DNA of 63,856 nt, counting the filler, from Phoronis australis (Eukaryota > Animalia > Phoronida): the NCBI GenBank assembly GCA_002633005.1. It is 5 parts of 5 records of this genome, joined end to end, with 100 filler letters (N's around TTAATTAATTAA, not from the genome) between each part and the next. Parts side by side here need not be neighbours in the genome. Positions count along the whole stretch, not along the records: positions 1 to 16,350 come from NMRA01000603.1; positions 16,451 to 34,252 come from NMRA01001481.1; 3 more parts are not named here. One strand, 5' to 3'. Below are positions 14,276 to 26,272 of the stretch, in pieces. The notes beneath the pieces are model-generated. The model had not been told where the DNA came from. It did no database searches and saw only the letters and a list, made by a program, of their open reading frames with translations. Position numbers and translations under genes: made by a program. Numbering within the stretch: the first letter of the stretch is position 1; each line of letters starts with the position of its first letter.

Positions 14276-14549
14276 CTGTAAAAATCAAATGACGTAATTA
14301 AAATTTAGTTATTTTTCAGGAAGTTAGATGTGCACACAGTTCACACTAGCAGGTTGTTTCCTAAGTGCGGTCATTACTCATTTATGTTGAGTCGATTGGG
14401 TCAATCCTGTTTAAAATGTCTCGATGATGGGTGCAGATGTGTGACCGATGCTATCAATGATCTAACCAACTCTGAGGACTCCATTGGGGGAGAGCAGAAG
14501 TAATTATTAATCAACAAAGTTGATGTTTATGAGTAGAAGGTGTTTTTTT

Positions 14550-14574
14550 ATGTGTTTGTGTGTGTGTGTGTGTG

Positions 14575-14608
<34 letters not shown>

Positions 14609-14685
14609 TGCGTCCGAGTGCGTGCATGTATGACTGTGTGCGTGCGTGCGCGCTCGTGTTCGTGTGTGTTTGTGTGTGTTTGTTT
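14550..14685. repeat. (GT)n/(GTGC)n microsatellite
   Basis: Directly visible. Confidence 0.95.
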
Positions 14686-15799
14686 GCAATGCATATTTCT
14701 TAAAAAACGATTTGACCGTTGATCTTTAATTAATTTTAAAAGACGGATGATTGCCGCTCAAATAAAAGGGCTCATTTTAAATCAACGTTTCGTCAATTAA
14801 TTATACGTCATCAGGATGATAATAACCAAGGACAGCTTATGCCAACATGCAGCTCAGGTAACATTCGGAAAGGGAACTTGTAACTGGAAAGTCATAGTTT
14901 TCCAGACTTTGACATGTTTTACTTAAAACTGCAATGTTTAATTTTATGTTAATACATGCATAGCTCACCGACACTTTGTTCGTTTTTAAATTGATAAATG
15001 CTCCGCAAAACTGTATTTGTGACAAAACGTTGACTCTGAGTAGGCTTTTAAGAGGAAAATTCCCAAATAAACTCCCCACTGTCTCGACACTTGACCACAC
15101 CATTGGAAACACCAAATAAACGTCCATGGGCGTGTATTCGGCATAATATTCCGAATAAACTCCCATGGGCGTTTCATCGGATGGTCTAATCTACGGAAAA
15201 TTCCGGTATTGGCTACGCACTAACATCACTAGATGAAAACTCAAGCATGCGCACAACCGGAGGTACATGTAGATAATGAACACGTGTTAATTAGAGTAAA
15301 CAAGCCTCAAGCCAACATTACGAATTCACAAAAACATCAGATTTACATTTGCACATCCGCACAGTTGCTAAATATTTAATATATTTAATAAGGCATATTC
15401 ACTTGGCATTAAATAATTCTCAATAGTACATCATTCGTTTATAGTCAATGTAAAAAGCTATATTAGAACGCTGACCATTTTTCTTTACAAATCGCAATAA
15501 CACTTTCTATTCAAGCATTACAACTTCTGGTCTAAGATGCTAAAGATTGCTTTTGATTTTTGACAAAAATGAGGATTCGTTGTGGGTGTAATTCATTTAT
15601 TAATCTTATTCAATTGACCAGGGCAATATCACATCACAGTCTGCAATTTCATTAAACATAAAAATCCTTTCATAGTCTTCCAGTCAAAGTACATTTAAAC
15701 TGAAATAGAGGCATCTACCTGTATGCTACCATTTGTTTTATTGCACGATCGGTACCAAGAAGGCGTCACAGTTGTGACCAATATCACCCTCTGTCACCT

Positions 15800-16350
15800 T
15801 GAACCATACTTCAGTCTTACCTTGCAGATCAGTCATCTTACAATTCAATTAAGTCCCGTCTTACAGTAAATATCAGTCACGCCTTAGAGTACAGTTCAGT
15901 TCCCTTACATTCAATTCAGTCTCGCCTTACAGTGCTTTTAATTTTCGTCTTACAAATAGTTTCGCCATATAGTACATTTCAGCCTCACCTTACAGTGCAT
16001 TTCGGTCTGGCATTACAGTACATATAAGTTTCGCTTAACAGCACATTTTAGTATTACCTTGCAGCATTTCAGTATCGCCTTACACCATATTAAAGTTTGC
16101 ATTTCAGTTCCTTTTCAGTACCCCGTCAGATTATATTTTACTTTTACTTTACAGTGCATTTCAGTCTTGACTTACATTACATTCCAGCTTTACATTACAT
16201 TTCAGTCTTACGTTTCTTTCCTTACAGTCCAATTAAATCTCGCCTTACAGTGCATTCCAGACTCGCCTTATAATACATTTCAGTATCACCTTGCAGTACG
16301 TTTCAATCACGCATTACAGTACATTTTAGTCTGTCCTTACACTTAAATTT
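15800..16350. repeat. Degenerate ~23-bp minisatellite (CATTTCAGTCTCGCCTTACAGTA-like)
   Basis: Recurring TTTCAGT...CCTTACAGT units running to the block end. Confidence 0.8.
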
Positions 16351-16450
16351 NNNNNNNNNNNNNNNNNNNNNNNNNNNNNNNNNNNNNNNNNNNNTTAATT
16401 AATTAANNNNNNNNNNNNNNNNNNNNNNNNNNNNNNNNNNNNNNNNNNNN
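16351..16450. other. Artificial 100-nt spacer N44-TTAATTAATTAA-N44
   Basis: Identical spacer occurs four times; its core has stops in all six frames. Confidence 0.97.
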
Positions 16451-17374
16451 CAATGATTTACTGACTGTGAAAATCCCTTATCTCAAGCTTGCGCCTCCTG
16501 CAATGCTCAGAACGTGTTCTGTCACTACTTAGAATTACTGCTATACTTAAAACGTATTTACCTGAAGTAACAATGGTGTAAGTAGGTGTAGGTGTCCTAA
16601 CTTTGATTTTGATTTTTTTCGGAAAGCTAAACCCGAAAAAATGCAATTTTAAGTGATGCGTGATTAAATCATTAACTGAACTATTCACATTGCAAAACTA
16701 GACACTCTGGTGTAGATTTAAAGTGTTTAAAACCACCAATTTCACATCAAAACACCATAAAACAACCCCACCAGTCGACCAGTTGTCAAATTAGAACACC
16801 CTCAAACATTATCTGACGATATGTTAATCACTTTATCTCGAGCTACGAACATTTATTAGTCGATACATACTAGGTAGAATCGGGGAAAACAAACCACAGC
16901 CTTAGTCATTTTCAATTGTTTTTAGTGTATAAAGTCTTCAGATATTGTTTCCCGTTTTCCTGTGGATTATGGAATGGTAAAAAATGGCGAGGAGTTGCGG
17001 GGTGGTTGGTAGCATTCTGTGACTCTATTCACTTTCCCGCGTTGCATCAAAGAAGCGCGGATACGGCACACGTTTGTACAAGACACCTGCGTGCTGGTGG
17101 ACATGACACACTGGCGCTGGGTGAGTTCATATGACACACTCACGCGTCCGTGGAGCTAAGAAACATTTCTTCTTCTATTTTCGCGTATTCAGGATAATTC
17201 ACGGTTGTGACATGCAATGGTATAACGGAAAGTTTAATGATCCTGAAAATGGTGGTTTTAAGCACTTTAAAATCTATTGTTTACACGTAGTGTACGCATC
17301 AAAAATACTTATTAGCAACCGTTTGATTACGTTGCTTTTACCTCCTGTTACACATTGATAAACGACGTTGAGAT
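16451..17374. repeat. Near-identical duplicate of ~18464-19408 (probable second haplotype)
   Basis: Colinear match with scattered SNPs/indels; ends at a single n, inside the lectin exon copy. Confidence 0.9.
16718..17270. mobile_element. TTAA-flanked non-autonomous DNA transposon (Kolobok-type), haplotype copy
   Basis: TTAA|AGTGTTTAAAACCACCA ... TGGTGGTTTTAAGCACT|TTAA. Confidence 0.7.
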
Positions 17375-18747
17375 NCAAGTAGCGCACAGCCGAAATCTAA
17401 AACTACTACATCTATTGATTAATTGCCATGCCAGAAATCAAAACTCAAGTTTAAAGTGCCTAAAATTTTTATCAAAACCAACTCTTCTTGCGCTCACTTG
17501 TTCAATTATGTCCTACTGATAATTCAATTTAGTGAAAAGTAAAAGCTCTTAGATCAATACTACTGGTTGATGACTGCAAGAATTCGTGACCACACGGACG
17601 CAGGTGACGTCATTTGAGTGCCGTATGATGTCAGATAGACCAAACTTGGTTTAGTTGCATACTTTATTTTTCAAATTTATGCATAAATAAATCAGTTTCA
17701 AAATACGTACCCCTTATACTACGCCCCCAGAGGCCTCCCCAAAATTTTAGGCGATGTCCTTGGAAAATTCGGCACACTTCTTTTTGTGTTCCAATACACA
17801 GCGTGCAGCCTACTGGAGGCGAAGATCTTTTCACTCCTGTAACGAGCCATTTCTACGCTTGTAATACGTATATTTCAAAACAACTCGTGTAATTTCCGGC
17901 CTAGGCAAATTGGAGTATTGTAGAGCAGTGTAATCAGTCAGAAGATATTACAAAATACCAACTAAAATAAAATGCTATATAGTATTGCATTCATTTCACA
18001 CTTCGACGCAGGTGTTAAGTTTCAGGTTGGATTTCACAACCGCCAAGAAAACTTGTTTGCGCAGAGTAACAGATTTTTAATATAATCGTTGACGTAGTAA
18101 TGTGTTTCAAATTTCACCAGGAGCCATGTCTCGACGTAGGCGCCTGTCGCGTGACTGAGCTTACCGAGGGCGTTTATGGCGGATACCAACCCACAACAAT
18201 GTTCATAAAAAGTGGTATGTAGGTCANATTCTTTTCACACTTCGGCGCAGGTGTTAAGTTTCAGGTTGGATTTCACAACCGCCAAGAAAACTTGTTTGCG
18301 CAGAGTAACAGATTTTTAATATAATCGCTGACGTAGTAATGTGTTTCAAATTTCACCAGGAGCCATGTCTCGACGTAGGCGCCTGTCGCGTGACTGAGCT
18401 TACCGAGGGCGTTTATGGCGGAAACCAACCCACAGCAATGTTCATAAGAAGTTGTATGTAGGTCAATGATTTATTGACTGTGAAAATCTCTTATCTCAAA
18501 CTTTGCGCTTCCTGCAAGTGCTCAGAACGTGTTCTGTCACTACTTAGAATTACTGCTATACTTAAAACGTATTTACCTGAAGTAACAATGGTGTAAGTAG
18601 GTGTAGGTGTCCTAACTTTGATTTTGATTTTTTCGGAAAGCTAAACCCGAAAAAATGCAGTTTTAAGTGATGCGTGATTAAATCATTAACTGAACTATTC
18701 ACATTGCAAAACTAGAAACCCTGGTGTAGTTTAATAGTTTTGAATCC

Positions 18748-19304
18748 TTAAAGTGCTCAAAACCACCAATTCCATGTCAAAACACCATAAAACAACCCCA
18801 CCAGTCGACCAGTTGTCAAATTAGAACACCCTCAAACATTATCTGACGATATGTTAATCACTTGATCTCGAGTTACGAACATTTATTAGTCGATACATAC
18901 TAAGTAGTATCGGGGAAAACAAACCACAGCCTTAGTCATTTTCAATTGTTTTTAGTGTATAAAGTCTTCAGATATTGTTTCCCGTTTTCCTGTGGATTAT
19001 GGAATGGTAAAAAATGGCGAGGAGTTGCGGGGTGGTTGGTAGCACTCTGTGACTCTATTCACTTTCCCGCGTTGCATCAAAGAAGCGCGGATACGGCACA
19101 CGTTTGTACAAGACACCTGCGTGCTGGTGGACATGACACACTGGCGCTGGGTGAGTTCTTATGTCACACTCATGCGTCCGTGGAGCTAAGAAACTTTTCT
19201 TCTTCTATTTTCGCGTATTCAGGATATTGAATTCACGGTTGTGATACGCAGTGGTATAACGGAAGGTTTAATGATCCTGAAAATGGTGGTTTTAAGCACT
19301 TTAA
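18748..19304. mobile_element. TTAA-flanked non-autonomous DNA transposon (Kolobok-type) just 3' of the lectin SUEL exon
   Basis: TTAA|AGTGCTCAAAACCACCA ... TGGTGGTTTTAAGCACT|TTAA; diverged relative at 25759-26272. Confidence 0.75.
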
Positions 19305-19375
19305 AATCTATTGTTTACACGTAGTGTACGTATCAAAAATACTTATTAGCAACCGTTTGATTACGTTGCTTTTAC

Positions 19376-19657
19376 CTCCTGTTACACATTGATAAACGAC
19401 GTTGAGATATTTGTAAGTTCCTTGACATGGATCGCCGAAGATGGTGCTTTCTGCCTTCAATGAACATTTTTGTTTATTATCACATCGACACTGGGTGGCG
19501 CTTAGAGATGCCAAGGAATTGCACGTGGTGGTCTTTATGGTTCCTATCTGGCAAATACTTCTGTCCTTGCGACCATACATGGCTGATACAATCTTCAGCG
19601 TTGAACCCTGTTTACAGGACAAGTTCATCGTTTGCCATTCACATACAGTCTTGGATT
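19376..19657 (-). CDS. Lectin exon: SUEL-type lectin domain
   Basis: 282-nt phase 1-1 exon with YGR, DPC and KYL motifs. Confidence 0.92.
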
Positions 19658-22014
19658 CTGTAAAGAAAGTAGGCAGGTGAACTGTCTTTTGTAGTACACC
19701 AGGCGTGCTTAGGTCACAAGGCTGTGCCAATTGCACCCATCACTTAGTTATGACTTACATGGATCCCTCAGCATGGGGCTCCTCATGTGTGAAGTCTTCT
19801 TGCTATGACTTCTTTCTTTTTAAAACAAAATTAATACACATTCACCTACTAAGCAATTGTGTAATGAAAGTTAACTAACCTTGCTTAGGTGGGAGTTTGA
19901 AACAATTCACCGGGCAAGATGTGCAGAACTTCTCCATTTCTGAAACGGACTTCCTTTTTGCTGCTTCTATGGCCTCTAGCAACGTATTATCTGCAGAAGA
20001 TATGCAATGAGTTTGGTTCCAAACAATTCAAAATTGCATTTTAGGACAGAATCCTCGTGGCACTTAGACCATCTGAACTTAGACACGTATCGGTCGTTGT
20101 CACAAACAGCAAAACGTTAGGAAGTTCTAAGCAAAGCCAGCAACTTGATGTACAATCAAACGCATACCGTGTCATCATCTTGAAGAATACACCAACAAAC
20201 TTTCTATTTCTGCTTCTTGGATAAACAGTAGAAAAGTAAATATCTTCCTTGTTACTTTATTAGAAATTTGTAGTGCTGGACTTGGTAAAGGCCGTAAGCA
20301 TACAACTGATGCTACACTCAACTTACCTGGAGGAACTTTCCACAGGTCGTTCCAAAATCTTTTGCTTCGCCCAGAGCAGTCCAGACAGCTATCGTGAAGC
20401 TCTGAAGAGTAAAGTGTATTTGTGTTGGAATCATCTGCAGAAATTATGGTGTTGAGGATATGTGGATTGATTGGTGGTTAGGTGGTTGAATAGGTAGATG
20501 GATGGATGCATTTATACGCAGGTGATTGGACGAATGGGTGGATATATGGATGTAGAATTGATTAGATGAATGGATGGCTGTATGGATGCATGGAGGCAGG
20601 GAGGGAGGCCGGGAGGGAGGGAGAGAGGGAGGGAGGGATATAGATGAGTTGAGGCACAGATAGCTGGATGGATGGATGGTTGGATGGGTGACTGGTTGGC
20701 TGGCTGCATGGATGGATGGATAGAATGATGGGTGGATGCATGGAAATGCGGATGGATGGGCTGACGGATGAATGGATGCGTGGGTGAATGGATGCGTGAG
20801 CGTACGAACGAATGGGTGGTAGGGTGGATGAAGGATAGCTGAGTGGATGAATGGGTGGTTGAATAAGTGTGAATGCATGGTTGTGTGAATGAATGAATGG
20901 CTGAATGACGTAATGAATTGATGTAAGGATTAGCGGATGAATGATGTGTGGAATGGTTAGTTAGATGAATGCTTGGATGTATGGGTGGATTGATGGAGAG
21001 ATGGGTGAATGGATAAATAAACGTACAGATGAGCGGATTGTATGGGCTCTGGTGGGTGGAAGGATATTTGCAAATTCCATTTCAACACCAACAACGTTTT
21101 CACACCCTATATTTGAATAATGGGGATGGAGACCAAGTTTTACCAATGAGAGCGCACAGTTACCGGATACCAGAAAAACTCTTTCCGTGCACAAAAACGG
21201 TACTACACTATTTTAAAAATTACCTCTCTAAACAAGCGTCGTAATTTTTGGCAAAATGATAGACGACAGGTATATGAAAAATGACTGTCAGGAATTGAGG
21301 CAGAGTCTTTGAAGCATAAGTGAAATTGATAAACCACCAACGTCTATACGAATCTTGACGGTAAAAAAATGTCAGTTCATACTGAGCCTGAATTCCAATC
21401 ACACTCAAGAAATTTCGCCCCAAACTAATGCGCCGGCAGTCTCTATGTGTTTTGTTATGTTTTCTGCCACATGCACAAAAATTGCTAGATACAAAGTGCT
21501 TGAATGTGGTTGGAGTTCAAGTTCCGTGGTAAGGGCTTTGGCCGGTGCGTGTTCAGTACAGCAAAACGTAAATATTTGAATGCTTTTACAGTATGCAGTC
21601 GAGGCTATTTCCATCCATTGAGTTATATTATATTGTTATTATATTTTCTTCTTAGTACCAAGCTGAAAGGTCGAAGTTTGATCAGACTTGTAAAGAACAT
21701 TCAAATTTGCTCCAATCATGTGAAGGGTGACGATGGTTACATAACACTATGTTTTAACAATTTCTAAAATTGATCTTGTCGTTGTTGCTTCATGTTATTA
21801 GACTAAATAGGTTTTAGTGTCGTTCAAAATAATCCAAACTTTAGCAAAAATCGTGGGATACCAAGAAACTTTTTGTTGACAATTGGGTGAGTTGTTGCTA
21901 TAATACATGAGTTCATTGAAACCCACCGCTGCTGCCCTCTTTCACGTCCCTCGTCGCATACTGTATGGTGATTGGTACACAAGCAACGAGAACACCGATC
22001 AAGAGAATCTTCAT
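19376..22014 (-). CDS. Secreted SUEL (Gal_Lectin)/rhamnose-binding-type lectin; exons 22014-21927, 20401-20327, 19990-19880, 19657-19376; 3' end uncertain
   Basis: Four GT-AG exons with phase-1 junctions join in frame: signal peptide MKILLIGVLVACVP, linker exons, then a SUEL domain with CE, AMYGR and FGDPCQGTYKYLNVVYQC. A possible last exon at ~18612-18640 (AFRKNQNQS*) is unconfirmed. Confidence 0.85.
19880..19990 (-). CDS. Lectin linker exon (DNTLLEAIEAAKRK...CTSCPVNCFKLPPKQ)
   Basis: 111 nt, cag/gttagt, open, phase 1-1. Confidence 0.7.
20327..20401 (-). CDS. Lectin propeptide exon (ELHDSCLDCSGRSKRFWNDLWKVPP)
   Basis: 75 nt, cag/gtaagt, open, phase 1-1. Confidence 0.7.
20470..21030. repeat. 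Degenerate (GGAT/GAAT/GGGA)n microsatellite in a lectin intron
   Basis: Directly visible. Confidence 0.9.
21927..22014 (-). CDS. Lectin first coding exon (signal peptide)
   Basis: AAAATG context, hydrophobic N-terminus, donor G|gtgggt, upstream acceptor at 22026-22028. Confidence 0.75.
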
Positions 22015-23993
22015 TTTGTTAACTCCTGAAAATACTCAATAAGCAACACAGAACATAATGACTGTAGTTTGACACAAATGGTTATAACCAGAAATACGTA
22101 TTATCTTAAGCCCCATTTATTATTATTAGATTAATAACGGTATTCCGACTACTTGACTATTATATTTTGCGCTTCATCAGGCAAAGTACTATCGTTGAAA
22201 ACTGGAAGAGGTAGCTCACCGTATTTGAGAGTTTGAACTATTTTGTGGCCAAACCCAAAATCAAAACAGAACAATTAGACTTGCCATTTTAACTTTGAAT
22301 ATTCAAATGAATTATCGATTTAAACGAAATACCTATAAATGTTTGACTTCAAACATGAGAACAAATACCTCTATACAAGACGTAAATTGAAAAGTTGTTT
22401 CCCTCCGTGCAACCGATCGTAAAATATGTTTTATCTGAAACCTGGCAAAATGTTTTTTCAGTTGTATTTCTGATACAGTTATTGCATCAAAAATGAATGT
22501 CCCCGACAATAAAAAGTAGAAAAATGAAATACTTACTTACCAAACTTACCTACCTCAGACGGATGACGGTCGAGCGTGGGGAAATAGGCAATATTTTAAG
22601 AGTGGCCCAATATGGCGTTTCCTCACAATCAAATACTTGTGTAACTTTCTAAAATAGCTTTTCAAAACCCGTCAAAGAATTCGTTTCCTTTCTGAAGGAA
22701 TCTCTATCACTCGATACAATATCAAGAGTTCTTATACTTTTACCTGCAATATATCTTCTTAACACCTGCTTGTTAAATGATGTTTAAATTGAACTGGTGT
22801 TACTGTCACACCCACACCGACACAACCTTTGACCCAAGCTGCTAATGGCCAGTTCCGACGAACCCATTTAGGCCTCACCCACCATAAAATTCCCACAAGC
22901 GCAAAGCAATTATGACGGAGGTTCCATGTCAGCGTGCTGCAACAGTTACAGATTCCTTTTGATGTGTTTCCAATGGTAATTCACCGACTCTTTTTACCGC
23001 ATATTGAGTCACACGATCACAAAGACCCCGGAGTGGAATTTGTACCGGTGCGATGAAACTCTTACCTAGAGACATGGGTGGCGCACCATAGGGGGATGCG
23101 GGCGCTATAGCCCCTCCCATTTATGTCAGTGCCCGTGCAGCCCATGACAGAGTCATATTCAGATTCCAAGTCTGTCTCCTATGCGCTCATTCATAAATTA
23201 CTAACCTACTCCCTTCAATTAAGTTTCATTTACTGTTGTTTTACACTGCACGCAAATGTTCAGTGATACAATTAGATGAGCTAAGCTATTCTACTGCACA
23301 GTGTTTTCCGTCACATATGATTAGATAGCATAAAGTTTTGCTGGTGGTCACTGGTGGAATATACGAGGCATGTCAGCGTGGTCAACGTTTTCATAAGTCA
23401 CATGTGCATCACCCACATATATGATTGTAACCTTAAAAGGATTCTAACCCCTGTTTTTATGATTTCGACCAATCCTCATTCTGTAACCTGGAAATACATC
23501 ATTGGCGTCAACCTTCCAAGTTAAATGCAGGAATTAACCAAAAACTCGTAATCCAAATGCCACAGATTGGACATTATGGTCCTTGGTGGGTGGCCTTTTC
23601 CGACAGTTGCCGTGTGATTCGCTGAAAGCGTAGGTTACGCTTGCCCGTTGAGCAGACTTTGAAAGAGTTGTCGAGGGTTGCAGAGCTTTATTTTATTCAG
23701 CGAACTGGATGGAAAAGTCGTTTTTAGTATCTGGTAATAGGCCAAAACCAGGTTTGGTATCCTTTTAAAGAGTTCCCGCCATGACCCTGTGTCTCAGAAA
23801 GAATTTTATTAATGCATCTTAAGAGATTTAGTAGCCTTTAGTGTACCTGTTGCTAAGAAACAAGCCAAAAGTTTTTTTAAAGTATTTTCTGTTACGTAAA
23901 GTGTGGAAGACCCTTCTCCGCTGTTGTTGTTATTACCAGTGTGATATTGAGGAGTTGTGAGGAAAGCCCACGGAAACTCCGCCTTTTTCAGAC

Positions 23994-25150
23994 ATGAAAA
24001 GATGTGTTTGTTTGACCAAGAACGTCTGTGTTCGAATTTCCTAAAGACGTCAAAGTTGCACAAAAATGGCATTTTTTTGTGCACCGTACGTGTGGAATGA
24101 CAGTGTGGAACATATACGACATAGGCGGATTTAGGAGGGCCCACCCCCCCCCCCTTGGCTGCCGCAAAAAAATAAAACAGCAAGAGCGTAGGGAAATGTT
24201 GACTTTATTAATTAACCCCGGTAATTAACAAGATTTAAATTGCGCAGTTTTAGTGTTTGGGGGCTCAGATCCAATTTCAAGGGTCAAATTCGGAACACGG
24301 CGCAATCGTAACGGAACTACGGCTAGGTATAGGCTCTCCCGCGATATCCCAGGCGACCGGCAGTGGCGCTGGGCACTATGACTTCGTTTCCGTCGTCTAA
24401 TCCACTGTGCAATGAAGAAAATTACGTCATTTTTTAAAGAAAGTGGAATCTGAGTGATGAAAAATCAGAAGCTGCTGGTAAGATGTCAATTTTAATCGAA
24501 GCCTTAGTGTCAAACCTTCACTTAAGACGTTTTCCAAAGCAATCGCGTCATTTTTGCAAACACAAATGGATTTGTTTTTTGGGCAATTGAAGACTATTTT
24601 AAATACAACAAATTTGTTACGAACTGATTGCACAAAATAAACAACATGTAATAAACATTACAAAAATGAGGTTTCGCGCGCAAACGCTGTGGACCATAAA
24701 CAAGTAGGCCTAGTCTTTTTGTAACAAATTAGGAGTTAAATCGTGTTGATGCAATGGTAAAGCACGCGTGCACTATCCGCCAGGTCGTGAGTTCGAGTCT
24801 GTGATACTTGCTGTTTTTCCTGTTTGACACTTTCTCCGTGTTTTTTTTCTTGGATAATACTTCGGGAATCAAGCAAAATGCTTGATTTTTAGAGGAAAAA
24901 ACAGAAAGATTTCCTGGGCGGGAGGAGGGCAAACCCCCCTCCCGACCTTCCCCCATTCGGTGTTATGCGCATCTACAATCGTGCTTTGAGCAAATGTTTA
25001 CAGACAAAATGTTGGGCCCCCCTTGTGATATCCTAGATCCGCCACTGTACGATTCTGTCGGGAGCCACTCTTTGTTCGGCATATCTCAGTCAAGGAATCG
25101 TGTTCCGACCAAACACAAAAGCAGCGTTACGATGAAGGACTCAACACCTT
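23994..25150 (+). pseudogene. Degenerate THAP-domain remnant (transposon-derived), split by a MITE
   Basis: MKRCV ... SVFEFPKDVKVAQKWHFFVHRT, then after the insertion RVPTKH (AVPT box) and a donor gtaagt at 25151. Confidence 0.6.
24120..25047. mobile_element. Non-autonomous TIR element with 5-bp TSD (TACGA)
   Basis: CATAGGCGGATTTAGGA ... TCCTAGATCCGCCACTG; TACGA at 24115-24119 and 25048-25052. Confidence 0.8.
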
Positions 25151-25344
25151 GTAAGTGTATTTCCAAATTTTATAAATAACGAACAAACTGCTTTCCTTCT
25201 AGGGCAAGTGATGCCACGCTCTCCACCCCGGCCCAGATCGAGCGCCACGACACGTTGGCCTATGCATTGTGTTTAGACCGTGCTCATTCTACCATGGTAA
25301 TGGTGAGTTCGAATGACCCCAGTGGCCTTTTATAAGTGATTATT

Positions 25345-25601
25345 AAGTGTCTGTTTTATGAATATTGACCACCCTATGGTTCAGTTGGTTGTGGCTCACA
25401 TATGTCTGCGGCATTTCTCGTGCAAGTGGGTCGAGTTTATATGGCCTCAAAGCCAAGTTCGCTAAGTTGGAAATCGAATTCGTTGTCTGATTCTTCTAGT
25501 ACTTGAGTGTGATGCCCGTATCCACTCTCCTCTTGGTCTCCATAATTGTCTAGTTCTCGCTCAAAATCGTCTTCGTCTTCTGACCTGCTGTGTTCCGCCA
25601 T
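25345..25601 (-). pseudogene. Acidic ORF remnant resembling the N-terminus of P2RX7-C/nanor-like proteins carried by Kolobok transposons
   Basis: MAEHSRSEDEDDFE..., then a frameshift to RPYKLDP (cf. PYxFEP) and HRVVNI (cf. RxGNT); the Cys-rich core is absent. Confidence 0.3.
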
Positions 25602-25758
25602 TGCAACGTTATCTACCCATTACATTATTTAGCGGAAAACTTAAAAATAACAAATTTTCTTCAAAATTAAAAAACTCGCTACTGTTTGGCATAAAAAGTG
25701 CTTATTTAGATAAACTTTGTAGTATTCATTTTACAAGTAAATGCGTTGTGGTAACTGT

Positions 25759-26272
25759 TTAAAGTCCTTGAAATCGCCAATTACTTATCAAAAACACCAA
25801 AAAACAACCCCAGCAGTCGATCAGAACACCCGCAAAAACTATCTGACGATATGTTAATAAGCTGGTCTCGAGTTACGAACATCTATTGGTCGAAACATAC
25901 TACGTAAAATAGGGACAATCAATCACAGCACTAGTCATCCTTTATTGTGTTTAGTTTGAGAGGTGATCAGATACTGCCGTTTTCCCGTCGTTTGTGATAT
26001 AAGGAAGGGCGTTGTGGTGGTTGCAATAACTTTAAATTTAACCATCCTTTAGCTCTTTCCACTTTCGCGTGGGAGAAGCGCGGATATGGCTTAGTTTTGT
26101 ACACTAAACTCGCGTGTTGGTGTACACGATACACTGACTCGTGTCAGCGGCGCTAAGAAGCTTTCAACTGAAGTCTCTTTCAGTCTATTTTCTAGTTTTC
26201 GGGATATTGAATTCACGATAGCGATATGCAGTGCTATAATGAAAGGCTTAATGGTGGTTTTAACCACTTTAA
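25759..26272. mobile_element. Diverged copy of the TTAA-flanked Kolobok-type MITE
   Basis: Shares ATCTGACGATATGTTAAT, CTCGAGTTACGAACAT and GGATATTGAATTCACG, and the TTAAAGT...ACTTTAA ends, with 18748-19304. Confidence 0.75.

Noticed and set aside
20444-20878. His/Pro-rich 144-aa ORF
   Set aside because: Translation of an intronic (ATCC)n microsatellite
20167-21290. Extra lectin exons at ~20168-20178 and ~21224-21285
   Set aside because: Lengths and phases are incompatible with the flanking phase-1 exons
24745-24805. Functional tRNA gene
   Set aside because: A/B boxes only; no complete cloverleaf
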